From positions 1-28,645 of the IMG/VR virus record IMGVR_UViG_3300017909_002071: 28,645 nt of DNA; one strand, 5' to 3'. Both the position numbers and the translations under genes were made by a program. Shown here piece after piece: positions 8,350 to 15,799 of the stretch; the first letter of the stretch is position 1; each line of letters opens with the position of its first letter. This DNA is from a virus. Lineage: Duplodnaviria; Caudoviricetes. The notes beneath the pieces were generated by a model. It made no database searches and was not told where the DNA came from. It saw only the letters and a list, made by a program, of their open reading frames with translations.

Positions 8350-11306
8350 TGGCGAGAGTAGAATCGACGGTTATAGTTACCTTCCCATACAATGTTAAGC
8401 AGGCTAACAGGGAAAGGAGTGTCTCCAATAATAGTAATCTTTAAGTTTTCGTTTCGTTGGTAAATCGGTACATCATGTAAAGCAGATGCCGACAAGTTAA
8501 CGTTGTTGAGAATATAACTATTTGGCAGGGTAACGTTGACTACATTATTCCAACGGTCTCGACCAGTAATATCTACACGATAAGTCACAGGACCACTAAG
8601 ACCTGTAGATACTTTAATACGGTGTAGAATAAGATCAGCCGTAACGTCAGCAACGCTGCTCTGACCTTCACGTGAGGTCGTGTAGAAGACAGGGAGCTGA
8701 AGTTCCATATCATAAATATAACCAATAATCAAGTCACGTCCACGAAAATCGCCAGCTAAATCTACAGTATTAGCCGTAATATCTGCATCTTCAAAGTAAG
8801 ACACAGAACCTTCAGCTTCACTACTTGTTGAGCCAGTATCACCGATGTAAGTGCCAACAGCCACTACGGCTAGACGTTTACCACTAATGTGGTCAAAAGG
8901 CAGGTTAACAGTAGTTGTATCAGTTGCATCATTGTATGTTCTGTACGGGTTGATATTAAACATATCAAGACACACATCTGTTTTTTCACCAGTAGGTAGC
9001 GTCAAGAACCCGGCTTCACTAGCTTGTGTCAAGTCATAAGAAGTTAGGTAAACAAACCCACCAGAACTCGTTACAGCATAAAATGTGCTTTTATCAAAAA
9101 ACTGCAGTTGCAGGTTTCCAGTTAATTTCCATTTATACCAACTCTGTACACGGTTATCACCTTGTACAAAGAATCGATGTTGATATACAGTATCAGATCC
9201 AGCCTTAGCCAATGAAGTGATTGACATAGCAGGTGAAGCTACCATTGAGTCAATATCACTCGGTACGTATTCTGGTACGTTTGCAGTAGCTTCGTCGATA
9301 GATGCAGCAGCTTCCTTTTGGATGTTGAGCATCATAAACAACTTGCTGTATAGATTAGATTTACTAATAAATCCTTGAATAGTACCGACGGAAACAGCAT
9401 CTATATCAGCATCGCACTCGAACGTACTGAGCGTATTAATTTTAGTAGTAGTAGGGCTAAGAATGTCAGCATCCGTAGATAGCAAGAACTGTTCATTAGG
9501 ACCAAACAGCAGCAAACCGATACTAGTAGCAAGCGTGTAGTTGAGCGTCACAGGACGTGTAGACGTTGCTTGGATGTCAATAGGATCGTCTGCAGTCACA
9601 GCTTGGGAAGTGCTGCCAAAGAAGTTAAAGTAATCACCAGCACGGCTCATGATCACAGCTTCATTAGATAGCATTCCTAACCGGTTACGGTAGAAGAATA
9701 GGTTGGTAATTTTTTTACCGATAAAACTGGGAATCGGGTTAGTAGTATCATCACCAACTAAACGATTATCCCAGTTAACAGGTTCGTATTTAAAGATACC
9801 ATTAGCCTGCCGTACGAGCTGGTGAGGCATTGTACTCTCATCAATTTCAAACTTAAGCCCAGGTCCAATGGTTTCTTCCCATACACCAGGACCACGTGCT
9901 TGGCTGTTGGTAGTTTTAAATTCGACATATACATCATCTGCACTTACATCGTCAGCGTTAGTAACACGAACAATATAACCATTTTCACATTGGTTAGGCA
10001 AACGAGAGGCTACATTAATCTTTTCTTGGAAAACATAGATACCTTCTTCTTGAGAAGAACCTTCTGTAGAAATAGTAAATGGTGCAGTACTTGACACATA
10101 AACACCAGGACCAATTTGCGTAGCCGTGATGTTCGGTTGTGCGTTCAATAGACCCGCAATAGCAGAAGCAATGGTGCCGGAGTCAAGAGTAGCACCAGAA
10201 ACAGTTGAGGGTGTGGTATGAGTTACAACTACCCCATTGATAGTTACTTTATAGTTTGCATTATATGCAACAGTCTGGATAACGATAAACGCTTCATTAG
10301 GCTGAGCAGGTGAAAGCGTAGACTTCATTGCCGTTGTCTTGTTTTTATTCAAGACAAACGTATAATCGTTGATAGTCAGGATTTCGATGTCATCAGGCTG
10401 AGCATCTTTTAAGTAGGCTGTAGTTGGGATGTTAGATGATCCGATAGCGCAAGTTGTTACTTCAGTATCGTAATCCCCCTGCTCTGTAGATTCTAATGCA
10501 ACAGCAGTGTTGTAGTTGGACTGCGCTGTAGCCATTGCAGTATCTGCTGCAGTCAATTCAGAAGGTGTGTTTGCAGCAGCTGTGGTTTTTACAACTTCAT
10601 ATACACGATACCCATCACGTTTCATCCAAGGATAATCTTCAGTCCTATCACTGCCTCGCTCATAATTAGCTGGCATAGGATCACCTGCATTTGTAACAGC
10701 AACAATAGTACTTGCAGGAGCTAAAGTATCATCTTTAATTATACACTGCTTAGTATCTATACGCTCTAAAACACCAGATTTAAGCATTTCTTCGTAGTAA
10801 CCGTTTTTATAGGTTACCTCTATTTCAAACAAACTTTCCTCAGTTGAAAGCTGACCATCACTGGTTTCAGTTCGTGTAGCTTGTGCCGCATGTAATGCAG
10901 TTAGATTAGTTTGTGTTGAAGTATGAGCAGCAGTATACGTATCTAACTCTGATTTAAGATTAGTGACATTACAAGCGGTAGGCTGTCCTGTAGCAGCAAG
11001 GGTACCCATATCCACAGCACGAGGTTGCCCATCTAGTAACCCCCAGACACGGAAAATACCATCAGTTGTATCATATTGACATACATATTTTTCTTCATCA
11101 TCCCGAAGGATTGGAAACCAACGTCCTCGGGCTGTTGCATTGTACAGTTCTGCTTCAAATTTACCACCAGGTCGTTTGAGCAAACCTAGTGCATAATCAG
11201 GGAAAACGTTGGATGCCTCCACAACTTGCCCAGGAAACTTAAGTTTATCTGGTTGCTGGGATACGCCCAGAAGCAAGTTTGGAATCCTTTGGGAAATTGT
11301 ACTCAT
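8346..11306 (-). CDS. Tail tubular protein B (nozzle, T7 gp12-like)
   Basis: 986 aa; N-terminal ISQRIPNLLLGVSQQPD, GLLKRPG, W..RLVGDDTTNPIPSF and FFYRNRLG motifs. Confidence 0.95.
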   Translation of the reverse strand: MSTISQRIPNLLLGVSQQPDKLKFPGQVVEASNVFPDYALGLLKRPGGKFEAELYNATARGRWFPILRDDEEKYVCQYDTTDGIFRVWGLLDGQPRAVDMGTLAATGQPTACNVTNLKSELDTYTAAHTSTQTNLTALHAAQATRTETSDGQLSTEESLFEIEVTYKNGYYEEMLKSGVLERIDTKQCIIKDDTLAPASTIVAVTNAGDPMPANYERGSDRTEDYPWMKRDGYRVYEVVKTTAAANTPSELTAADTAMATAQSNYNTAVALESTEQGDYDTEVTTCAIGSSNIPTTAYLKDAQPDDIEILTINDYTFVLNKNKTTAMKSTLSPAQPNEAFIVIQTVAYNANYKVTINGVVVTHTTPSTVSGATLDSGTIASAIAGLLNAQPNITATQIGPGVYVSSTAPFTISTEGSSQEEGIYVFQEKINVASRLPNQCENGYIVRVTNADDVSADDVYVEFKTTNSQARGPGVWEETIGPGLKFEIDESTMPHQLVRQANGIFKYEPVNWDNRLVGDDTTNPIPSFIGKKITNLFFYRNRLGMLSNEAVIMSRAGDYFNFFGSTSQAVTADDPIDIQATSTRPVTLNYTLATSIGLLLFGPNEQFLLSTDADILSPTTTKINTLSTFECDADIDAVSVGTIQGFISKSNLYSKLFMMLNIQKEAAASIDEATANVPEYVPSDIDSMVASPAMSITSLAKAGSDTVYQHRFFVQGDNRVQSWYKWKLTGNLQLQFFDKSTFYAVTSSGGFVYLTSYDLTQASEAGFLTLPTGEKTDVCLDMFNINPYRTYNDATDTTTVNLPFDHISGKRLAVVAVGTYIGDTGSTSSEAEGSVSYFEDADITANTVDLAGDFRGRDLIIGYIYDMELQLPVFYTTSREGQSSVADVTADLILHRIKVSTGLSGPVTYRVDITGRDRWNNVVNVTLPNSYILNNVNLSASALHDVPIYQRNENLKITIIGDTPFPVSLLNIVWEGNYNRRFYSRQ

Positions 11307-11917
11307 CGTGCAAGTGCGTTATACGGTTTGTAGGAGTTGTAGTAATTTTCACCGTCACGCCAGCCAAAGATACTGTAATCAGCTTGGTTGCAATCATATT
11401 CGACTGCAGCGGCACGGGTCATGATTTCTTGTTCTTGCAGCAGTCCAGCAAGTTGAGCCTCACCAACTGTTTTAACAGCTGCCATTCGAGCAGCTCTAGC
11501 TGTAATATAGTTCTGAATTACAGGTGGCACATCTTCAAATTCATAGAACCAAGTAATATCAGCTGTAATATCTTTAGTGAATTTATACGTATGGTTATGT
11601 CGGTCGTAGAGTTTGTTTCCACGTCGTACTACATCATAGTCATCACGGTGGGTTTCGACATTAGTGTCGATCTGCAGAGCGTTAGTAGGATACAGGATTT
11701 CTTCAGTATTAGTATCTGGTTTTAAGACATAATAACGCTCTAGATTGAAAGTCCAACCTTCACTCTGCACTTGCTTACTTACTTCCCGTAGGGTTGTAAG
11801 TACGATAGCAACTTCAGGGTTTTGAAGATCCAGCGTGGTGACAGGAGCCTGTCCCACGGAGCTTAGGATTTGATTGACAGCATCCAGTTCGGTGGACGCA
11901 GCATAGGTGACAGGCAT
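11303..11917 (-). CDS. Tail tubular protein A (T7 gp11-like)
   Basis: TELDAVNQILSSVGQAPV and VQSEGWTFN motifs; start set at ATG 11917 (MPVTY), downstream of the terminator, rather than the ORF-track start at 12022. Confidence 0.95.
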   Translation of the reverse strand: MPVTYAASTELDAVNQILSSVGQAPVTTLDLQNPEVAIVLTTLREVSKQVQSEGWTFNLERYYVLKPDTNTEEILYPTNALQIDTNVETHRDDYDVVRRGNKLYDRHNHTYKFTKDITADITWFYEFEDVPPVIQNYITARAARMAAVKTVGEAQLAGLLQEQEIMTRAAAVEYDCNQADYSIFGWRDGENYYNSYKPYNALAR

Positions 11918-11930
11918 AGTAGTAATAGAT

Positions 11931-11958
11931 AAAAAAAAGGGGCGTCCGAAGACACCCC
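11931..11958 (-). terminator. Intrinsic terminator after the major capsid gene (T-phi position)
   Basis: Minus-strand RNA GGGGUGUC-UUCG-GACGCCCC followed by U8, about 20 nt after the capsid stop. Confidence 0.93.
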
Positions 11959-11978
11959 AATATGAGATCAAAAAAAGA

Positions 11979-13124
11979 TCAGAAGGCAGCGTTGCCAGTA
12001 GAACCAGGAGCTGCGCCAGCAATCAGTTCGACGCAAGCAGCAGGGTTCAGGTAGTCAGCGCCCATGGCGAGACGACCAAGGATCACGTCGCCCTGATAGA
12101 TCACGGAGACGTCACCGCTGGTGACTTGCACTTGAGGACCGATAGCTTCCACGCAGGCAGCACCTTCACGCTGGAAGATGAGTCCGCAGCTGTTAGCAAA
12201 TTCGGTTTCTTCACCGTACTCGTTGTTGATACCAGCAACGTCGTTAGCGGCATCTTCAACGGAGGGAGACACAAAGGAACCGGTGTTGCCAGGATCGGTA
12301 ACACCAGGGTTGGTAGCAGATCCAGTACCATACTTGGTACCATACTTGCTGAAGAACGGAATGTTCATCGACTTGAAGATCTTGATACCAGCGATCTCAA
12401 CGATGCCGTTGCCACGCTGACGTGCGGTACCTTGCTCATCGCGGTTGATCAAACCAGAGTCGCCAACCTTTTGGATCAGTTCATAGTACTGACGGGGGTT
12501 CAGAACACCCACGCGACCTTCAGAGCTGACACCCTTCTCATCCATAGCAGCAGCTGCGTCATAGAAAGCAGCAACCAGCTTGTCAGCATCGTAGGCATCA
12601 GAAGCGTTAGCGGTAGCGCCGACGCGGACCTGAGTACCACCGGGCTCAACAAAGCTAGACTTGGTGATAGGAGATGCAGCACGTGCACCGCGAGCGATAG
12701 CACGGAAGATCAGACGGTCATACTTTTCTGCGAGAGCGTAGCCGATCTTACGGCTGATCTCAGAACGCAGGTCGTAGTGTGCGAGAGTTTCGTCGAGGTC
12801 GTAGACAAAAGCGCTGGAGATTAGCAAATCGTCAACGGTGACGGTCTTCTCAGCCACCGGCGGCGCACCGTCGGTGTTACCGAGGATTGCGTTGCCAGGG
12901 GTATGATACTCAGCCGTGGTACGACCGGTATAGATGAACTGCATAGACTTACCGTTGGTAAGAGTACGCTTGGTCACCAGGTCACGAGCAATAGCATTGT
13001 ACTCGAAACCTTTGAACATCTCACCGCTAAAAAGCTTGAGATACAGAGCGCGGGCGTCACCCGTGCTGTTAGACTGACCAGGGCGAGTCAAACTCGTGGT
13101 CAGAGTAGAAGTTTGTTGTGCCAT
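11979..13124 (-). CDS. Major capsid protein (T7 gp10-like)
   Basis: 381 aa; ALYLKLFSGE, RTLTNGKSMQF, DDLLISS and GYALAEKYDR motifs. Confidence 0.97.
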   Translation of the reverse strand: MAQQTSTLTTSLTRPGQSNSTGDARALYLKLFSGEMFKGFEYNAIARDLVTKRTLTNGKSMQFIYTGRTTAEYHTPGNAILGNTDGAPPVAEKTVTVDDLLISSAFVYDLDETLAHYDLRSEISRKIGYALAEKYDRLIFRAIARGARAASPITKSSFVEPGGTQVRVGATANASDAYDADKLVAAFYDAAAAMDEKGVSSEGRVGVLNPRQYYELIQKVGDSGLINRDEQGTARQRGNGIVEIAGIKIFKSMNIPFFSKYGTKYGTGSATNPGVTDPGNTGSFVSPSVEDAANDVAGINNEYGEETEFANSCGLIFQREGAACVEAIGPQVQVTSGDVSVIYQGDVILGRLAMGADYLNPAACVELIAGAAPGSTGNAAF

Positions 13125-13284
13125 TATACAGGAGTAAGATTAAAATAGACTTGCTCCCAAACGTTTGGAAATTTTTTGTTGAAAATGTTGTGGTCTATCC
13201 CACCGTCTAGACGGTTAGAGGTATCGGCGTACCGGCTCCAACCAATGCAAGGGAGGTCCGACTCTGAGGTGCCTCCCAAGCTGT
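13125..13284 (-). promoter_or_regulatory. Structured non-coding leader of the major capsid gene
   Basis: 160-nt intergenic region with several inverted repeats: 13251-13277, 13213-13243, palindrome 13202-13215, 13190-13203, palindrome 13157-13168. Confidence 0.55.
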
Positions 13285-13443
13285 TTACAGAAGACCTTTA
13301 AGGCACTTCTTTTGTTTACGACATTCAGGTTTTTTATCACCGCAATGTCCGCAACGCTTGAACACTACCTCTGCACCAGTAGGTGCTGGGGTATATGGAA
13401 CAGGAGTTGCTTTAGCAGCTTTAGATTGATGCTTACTGGGCAT
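13285..13443 (-). CDS. Small Cys-rich basic protein (52 aa)
   Basis: From ATG 13443: MPSKHQSK...RCGHCGDKKPECRKQKKCLKGLL; start overlaps the end of the upstream peptide ORF. Confidence 0.6.
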   Translation of the reverse strand: MPSKHQSKAAKATPVPYTPAPTGAEVVFKRCGHCGDKKPECRKQKKCLKGLL

Positions 13444-13549
13444 AATGAGGATTGCGATACTCAACACCGCGGTAACGGAGCACTTCCACGTGGTAGCGCA
13501 CGGCGCGGCGTCGGTTGTTTTTGATAAAACGAATGAGGTTCATGGACAT
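13433..13549 (-). CDS. Small YRG-motif peptide (DUF4278-like, 38 aa)
   Basis: Below the ORF-track cut-off; hand translation MSMNLIRFIKNNRRRAVRYHVEVLRYRGVEYRNPHYAQ; LxYRGVxY is the DUF4278 signature and the ORF lies directly behind a glutamine-II riboswitch. Confidence 0.8.
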   Translation of the reverse strand: MSMNLIRFIKNNRRRAVRYHVEVLRYRGVEYRNPHYAQ

Positions 13550-13566
13550 AGTTCGTACAAGATAAA

Positions 13567-13615
13567 CCTAACCCCCGTTCCATGGTTAGGCAACATGCGT
13601 CCCGAAGGATGAACG
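13567..13615 (-). promoter_or_regulatory. Glutamine-II riboswitch (Downstream-peptide RNA motif)
   Basis: Minus-strand RNA CGUUCAUCC-UUCG-GGACGCAUGUUG-CCUAACC-AUGGAACGGG-GGUUAGG: 5' CGUUC complementary to GAACG, UUCG-capped hairpin, CGCA junction, 7-bp CCUAACC/GGUUAGG stem; followed by a YRG peptide as expected for this motif. Confidence 0.88.
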
Positions 13616-13624
13616 TACGAAATA

Positions 13625-14704
13625 TTAACCGATTGCAGGTGTAGTCAGTGCAACCGGTGTGGACTCAGCAGCAGCCAAGTCAAGTGGGAAGTTGTGAGCG
13701 TTACGCTCGTGCATTACTTCCATACCGAGACCAGCTCGGTTGAGGATGTCAGCCCAAGTATTGATTACACGACCATCAGCGGATTGAATGGACTGGTTAA
13801 AGTTAAAACCATTCAAGTTAAACGCCATAGTAGACACACCAAGAGCAGCAAACCAAATCCCCACAACAGGCCAGGCAGCCAGAAAGAAGTGGAGACTACG
13901 AGAATTATTAAAGCTAGCGTATTGAAAAATGAGACGCCCAAAGTAACCATGAGCAGCCACGATGTTATACGTCTCCTCCTCTTGCCCGAACTTATACCCA
14001 TAGTTTTGGCTAACATTTTCAGTCGTTTCACGGACCAAGCTAGAAGTAACAAGGGAACCGTGCATAGCTGAAAACAGAGAACCACCAAAAACGCCAGCAA
14101 CCCCAAGCATATGGAAGGGATGCATAAGAATGTTGTGCTCAGCTTGGAAAACAAACATGTAGTTGAACGTTCCCGAGATGCCCAATGGCATTCCATCAGA
14201 GAAACTGCCTTGTCCGAAAGGGTAGACAAGGAATACAGCTGTTGCGGCAGCGACTGGTGCAGAATATGCGACAAAGATCCAAGGCCTCATACCTAGTCGA
14301 TAACTAAGTTCCCATTCACGTCCCATGTAAGAGAAGACGCCAATGAGAAAGTGGAAGACAACGAGTTGGTATGGTCCTCCATTATAGAGCCACTCATCAA
14401 GTGAAGCGGCTTCCCAGATTGGGTAAAGATGTAGCCCGATTGCGTTACTTGAGGGAACGACTGCTCCTGAGATGATGTTGTTTCCATAGAGTAGAGATCC
14501 GGCAACGGGTTCACGAATGCCATCGATGTCCACAGGGGGAGCAGCGATGAATGCAACCAAAAAGCAGACGGTTGCGGTCAGTAGGGTTGGGATCATCAGA
14601 GTCCCGAACCAGCCAACGTAAAGTCGGTTGTTAGTAGAGGTTACCCAAGAACAAAATTCTTCCCAGGCAGACCTCCGTTGTTGTTGAGAAAGTACAGCGG
14701 TCAT
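13625..14704 (-). CDS. psbA: Photosystem II reaction centre protein D1
   Basis: 359 aa, unmistakable D1 ([34 protein letters not shown]); GREWE form (Glu130, high-light type); uninterrupted. Confidence 0.99.
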   Translation of the reverse strand: MTAVLSQQQRRSAWEEFCSWVTSTNNRLYVGWFGTLMIPTLLTATVCFLVAFIAAPPVDIDGIREPVAGSLLYGNNIISGAVVPSSNAIGLHLYPIWEAASLDEWLYNGGPYQLVVFHFLIGVFSYMGREWELSYRLGMRPWIFVAYSAPVAAATAVFLVYPFGQGSFSDGMPLGISGTFNYMFVFQAEHNILMHPFHMLGVAGVFGGSLFSAMHGSLVTSSLVRETTENVSQNYGYKFGQEEETYNIVAAHGYFGRLIFQYASFNNSRSLHFFLAAWPVVGIWFAALGVSTMAFNLNGFNFNQSIQSADGRVINTWADILNRAGLGMEVMHERNAHNFPLDLAAAESTPVALTTPAIG

Positions 14705-14789
14705 TAAAAGTGCAGAGATTTGTTAGACAGGGTATGTATTTGAGCACTTTAATGAAGCCCTCCCAAGGCTCACATCCAGTGGAAGGCTT
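14702..14789 (-). promoter_or_regulatory. Two-hairpin 5' leader of psbA; second stem includes the start codon
   Basis: AAGCCUUCC/GGAGGGCUU stem (14755-14789) directly followed by CAUUAAAGUGC/GCACUUUUAAUG stem (14744-14754 with 14702-14713). Confidence 0.55.
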
Positions 14790-14797
14790 GGATATAA

Positions 14798-15148
14798 TCA
14801 GAGCTTGTACTTCAGACCGACTTTAGTACCATAGGAGTTGGTGTCGTCGGACACGAAGGAGATCTCGCCATAGACGTCGAGACGCTTGGTGGCGGCAACA
14901 GAGCCGAACACCTTGCCAGTAAGTTTAGTTTCAGCTTCACCGTCATCAGGTGAGAAGACGGTAGGACCAGCTTGCACACCCCAAGAGGTGAGACCATTAC
15001 CATCTTCATAACCAAGATGGAAATCAGTAGCCATGCCCTGATAGTTGGAACCGTTAAAACCAGAATTGTTTTCGACGTTCACATACGGACCTGCCAGTGC
15101 GGGAGCAGCGGCGAGGAGGGTTGCGGGGAGGATAGCGAGGAATTTCAT
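14798..15148 (-). CDS. Secreted/outer-membrane beta-strand protein (cyanobacterial/cyanophage type)
   Basis: 116 aa; signal peptide MKFLAILPATLLAAAPALA, then alternating amphipathic beta-strand pattern ending KVGLKYKL. Confidence 0.7.
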   Translation of the reverse strand: MKFLAILPATLLAAAPALAGPYVNVENNSGFNGSNYQGMATDFHLGYEDGNGLTSWGVQAGPTVFSPDDGEAETKLTGKVFGSVAATKRLDVYGEISFVSDDTNSYGTKVGLKYKL

Positions 15149-15158
15149 TAGATTAGAG

Positions 15159-15311
15159 TTACTTTTTTTTAGCAGTTTTAGCGGAGCGTCGGAAGTTAGC
15201 AGCCGTGGGCGCTCCTTTAGACCCAGGCTTTCTCATTTTTTCACCAGACCCGGCAGCGATACGCTTGCGTTTGGCATGGATGTTTGCATAAAGACCACGT
15301 TTTTGTTTCAT
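15159..15311 (-). CDS. Small basic hypothetical protein (50 aa)
   Basis: Hand translation MKQKRGLYANIHAKRKRIAAGSGEKMRKPGSKGAPTAANFRRSAKTAKKK; TAATG coupling with the upstream ORF. Confidence 0.75.
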   Translation of the reverse strand: MKQKRGLYANIHAKRKRIAAGSGEKMRKPGSKGAPTAANFRRSAKTAKKK

Positions 15312-15553
15312 TAGCATTTCCATTTGCGTAGTGCCAAGGCTTTCCGGGTTGGCTTGCCGTTCTTACGCATCGGACCTTTGACGCCTTTCATTCTAGCACA
15401 GAAGGACCGCTTGCGAGGACCACCACCAGGCTGTGGTGCCTTCAGGTTTGAACCTGTTTCACGATTATATTTACGACGACCGGCAGCTGTCAAGCCACCG
15501 GACCTCGATTTGTGTTTGCCAATCTTAAGACTGACGCTTTTTCTTGCCGCCAT
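15311..15553 (-). CDS. Small basic hypothetical protein (80 aa)
   Basis: GGLTAAGRRKYN...NLKAP...RKRSFCARM...KALALRKWKC; Lys/Arg-rich; coupled to neighbours. Confidence 0.8.
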   Translation of the reverse strand: MAARKSVSLKIGKHKSRSGGLTAAGRRKYNRETGSNLKAPQPGGGPRKRSFCARMKGVKGPMRKNGKPTRKALALRKWKC

Positions 15554-15608
15554 TTTTCTTGGTACCTTTTTTGACGGGCTTGCCGTAGGTACCGGGACCG
15601 TAGGGCAT
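15525..15608 (-). CDS. Basic micro-protein (27 aa)
   Basis: Hand translation MPYGPGTYGKPVKKGTKKNGGKKKRQS; ATG overlaps the hli stop (TAATG). Confidence 0.55.
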   Translation of the reverse strand: MPYGPGTYGKPVKKGTKKNGGKKKRQS

Positions 15609-15799
15609 TACCAGATTCCGGGAATAAGTTGACCAGTTACAGCATACGAACCAATCGCAGCCATCACACCGAGCATGGCAAGCCTGCCGTTGAGACGCTC
15701 GGCGCGTTCGTTGTGGGGGATAGAGTTTTCGTCGATGTACATAGGTGGTTCTTTAGCGTAGATGTTGGTGCGTCCGCCGTCTTCAATAACAGTAGACAT
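15608..15799 (-). CDS. hli: High-light inducible protein
   Basis: 63 aa; AERLNGRLAMLG chlorophyll-binding motif and TGQLIPGIW C-terminus; TGATG coupling to the scaffold gene. Confidence 0.96.
   Translation of the reverse strand: MSTVIEDGGRTNIYAKEPPMYIDENSIPHNERAERLNGRLAMLGVMAAIGSYAVTGQLIPGIW

Noticed and set aside
11917-12022. Tail tube A frame is open back across the terminator into the capsid 3' end, suggesting a capsid-tail fusion or 10B-like frameshift
   Set aside because: It is the +1 frame with no convincing slip site (GCC UUC UGA), the -1 frame stops a few codons after the capsid stop, and the extension simply translates the terminator
11907-12824. 305-aa plus-strand ORF antisense to the capsid gene
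   Set aside because: Shadow of a codon-biased, highly expressed gene; no recognisable motifs; all real genes are on the minus strand
13625-14704. Intron or homing endonuclease in psbA; psbD nearby
   Set aside because: psbA is continuous and full length; no D2-like ORF in the window
14705-14797. Assignment of the psbA leader to the PhotoRC-II RNA family
   Set aside because: Could not match it to that consensus by eye; reported only as an unnamed structured leader
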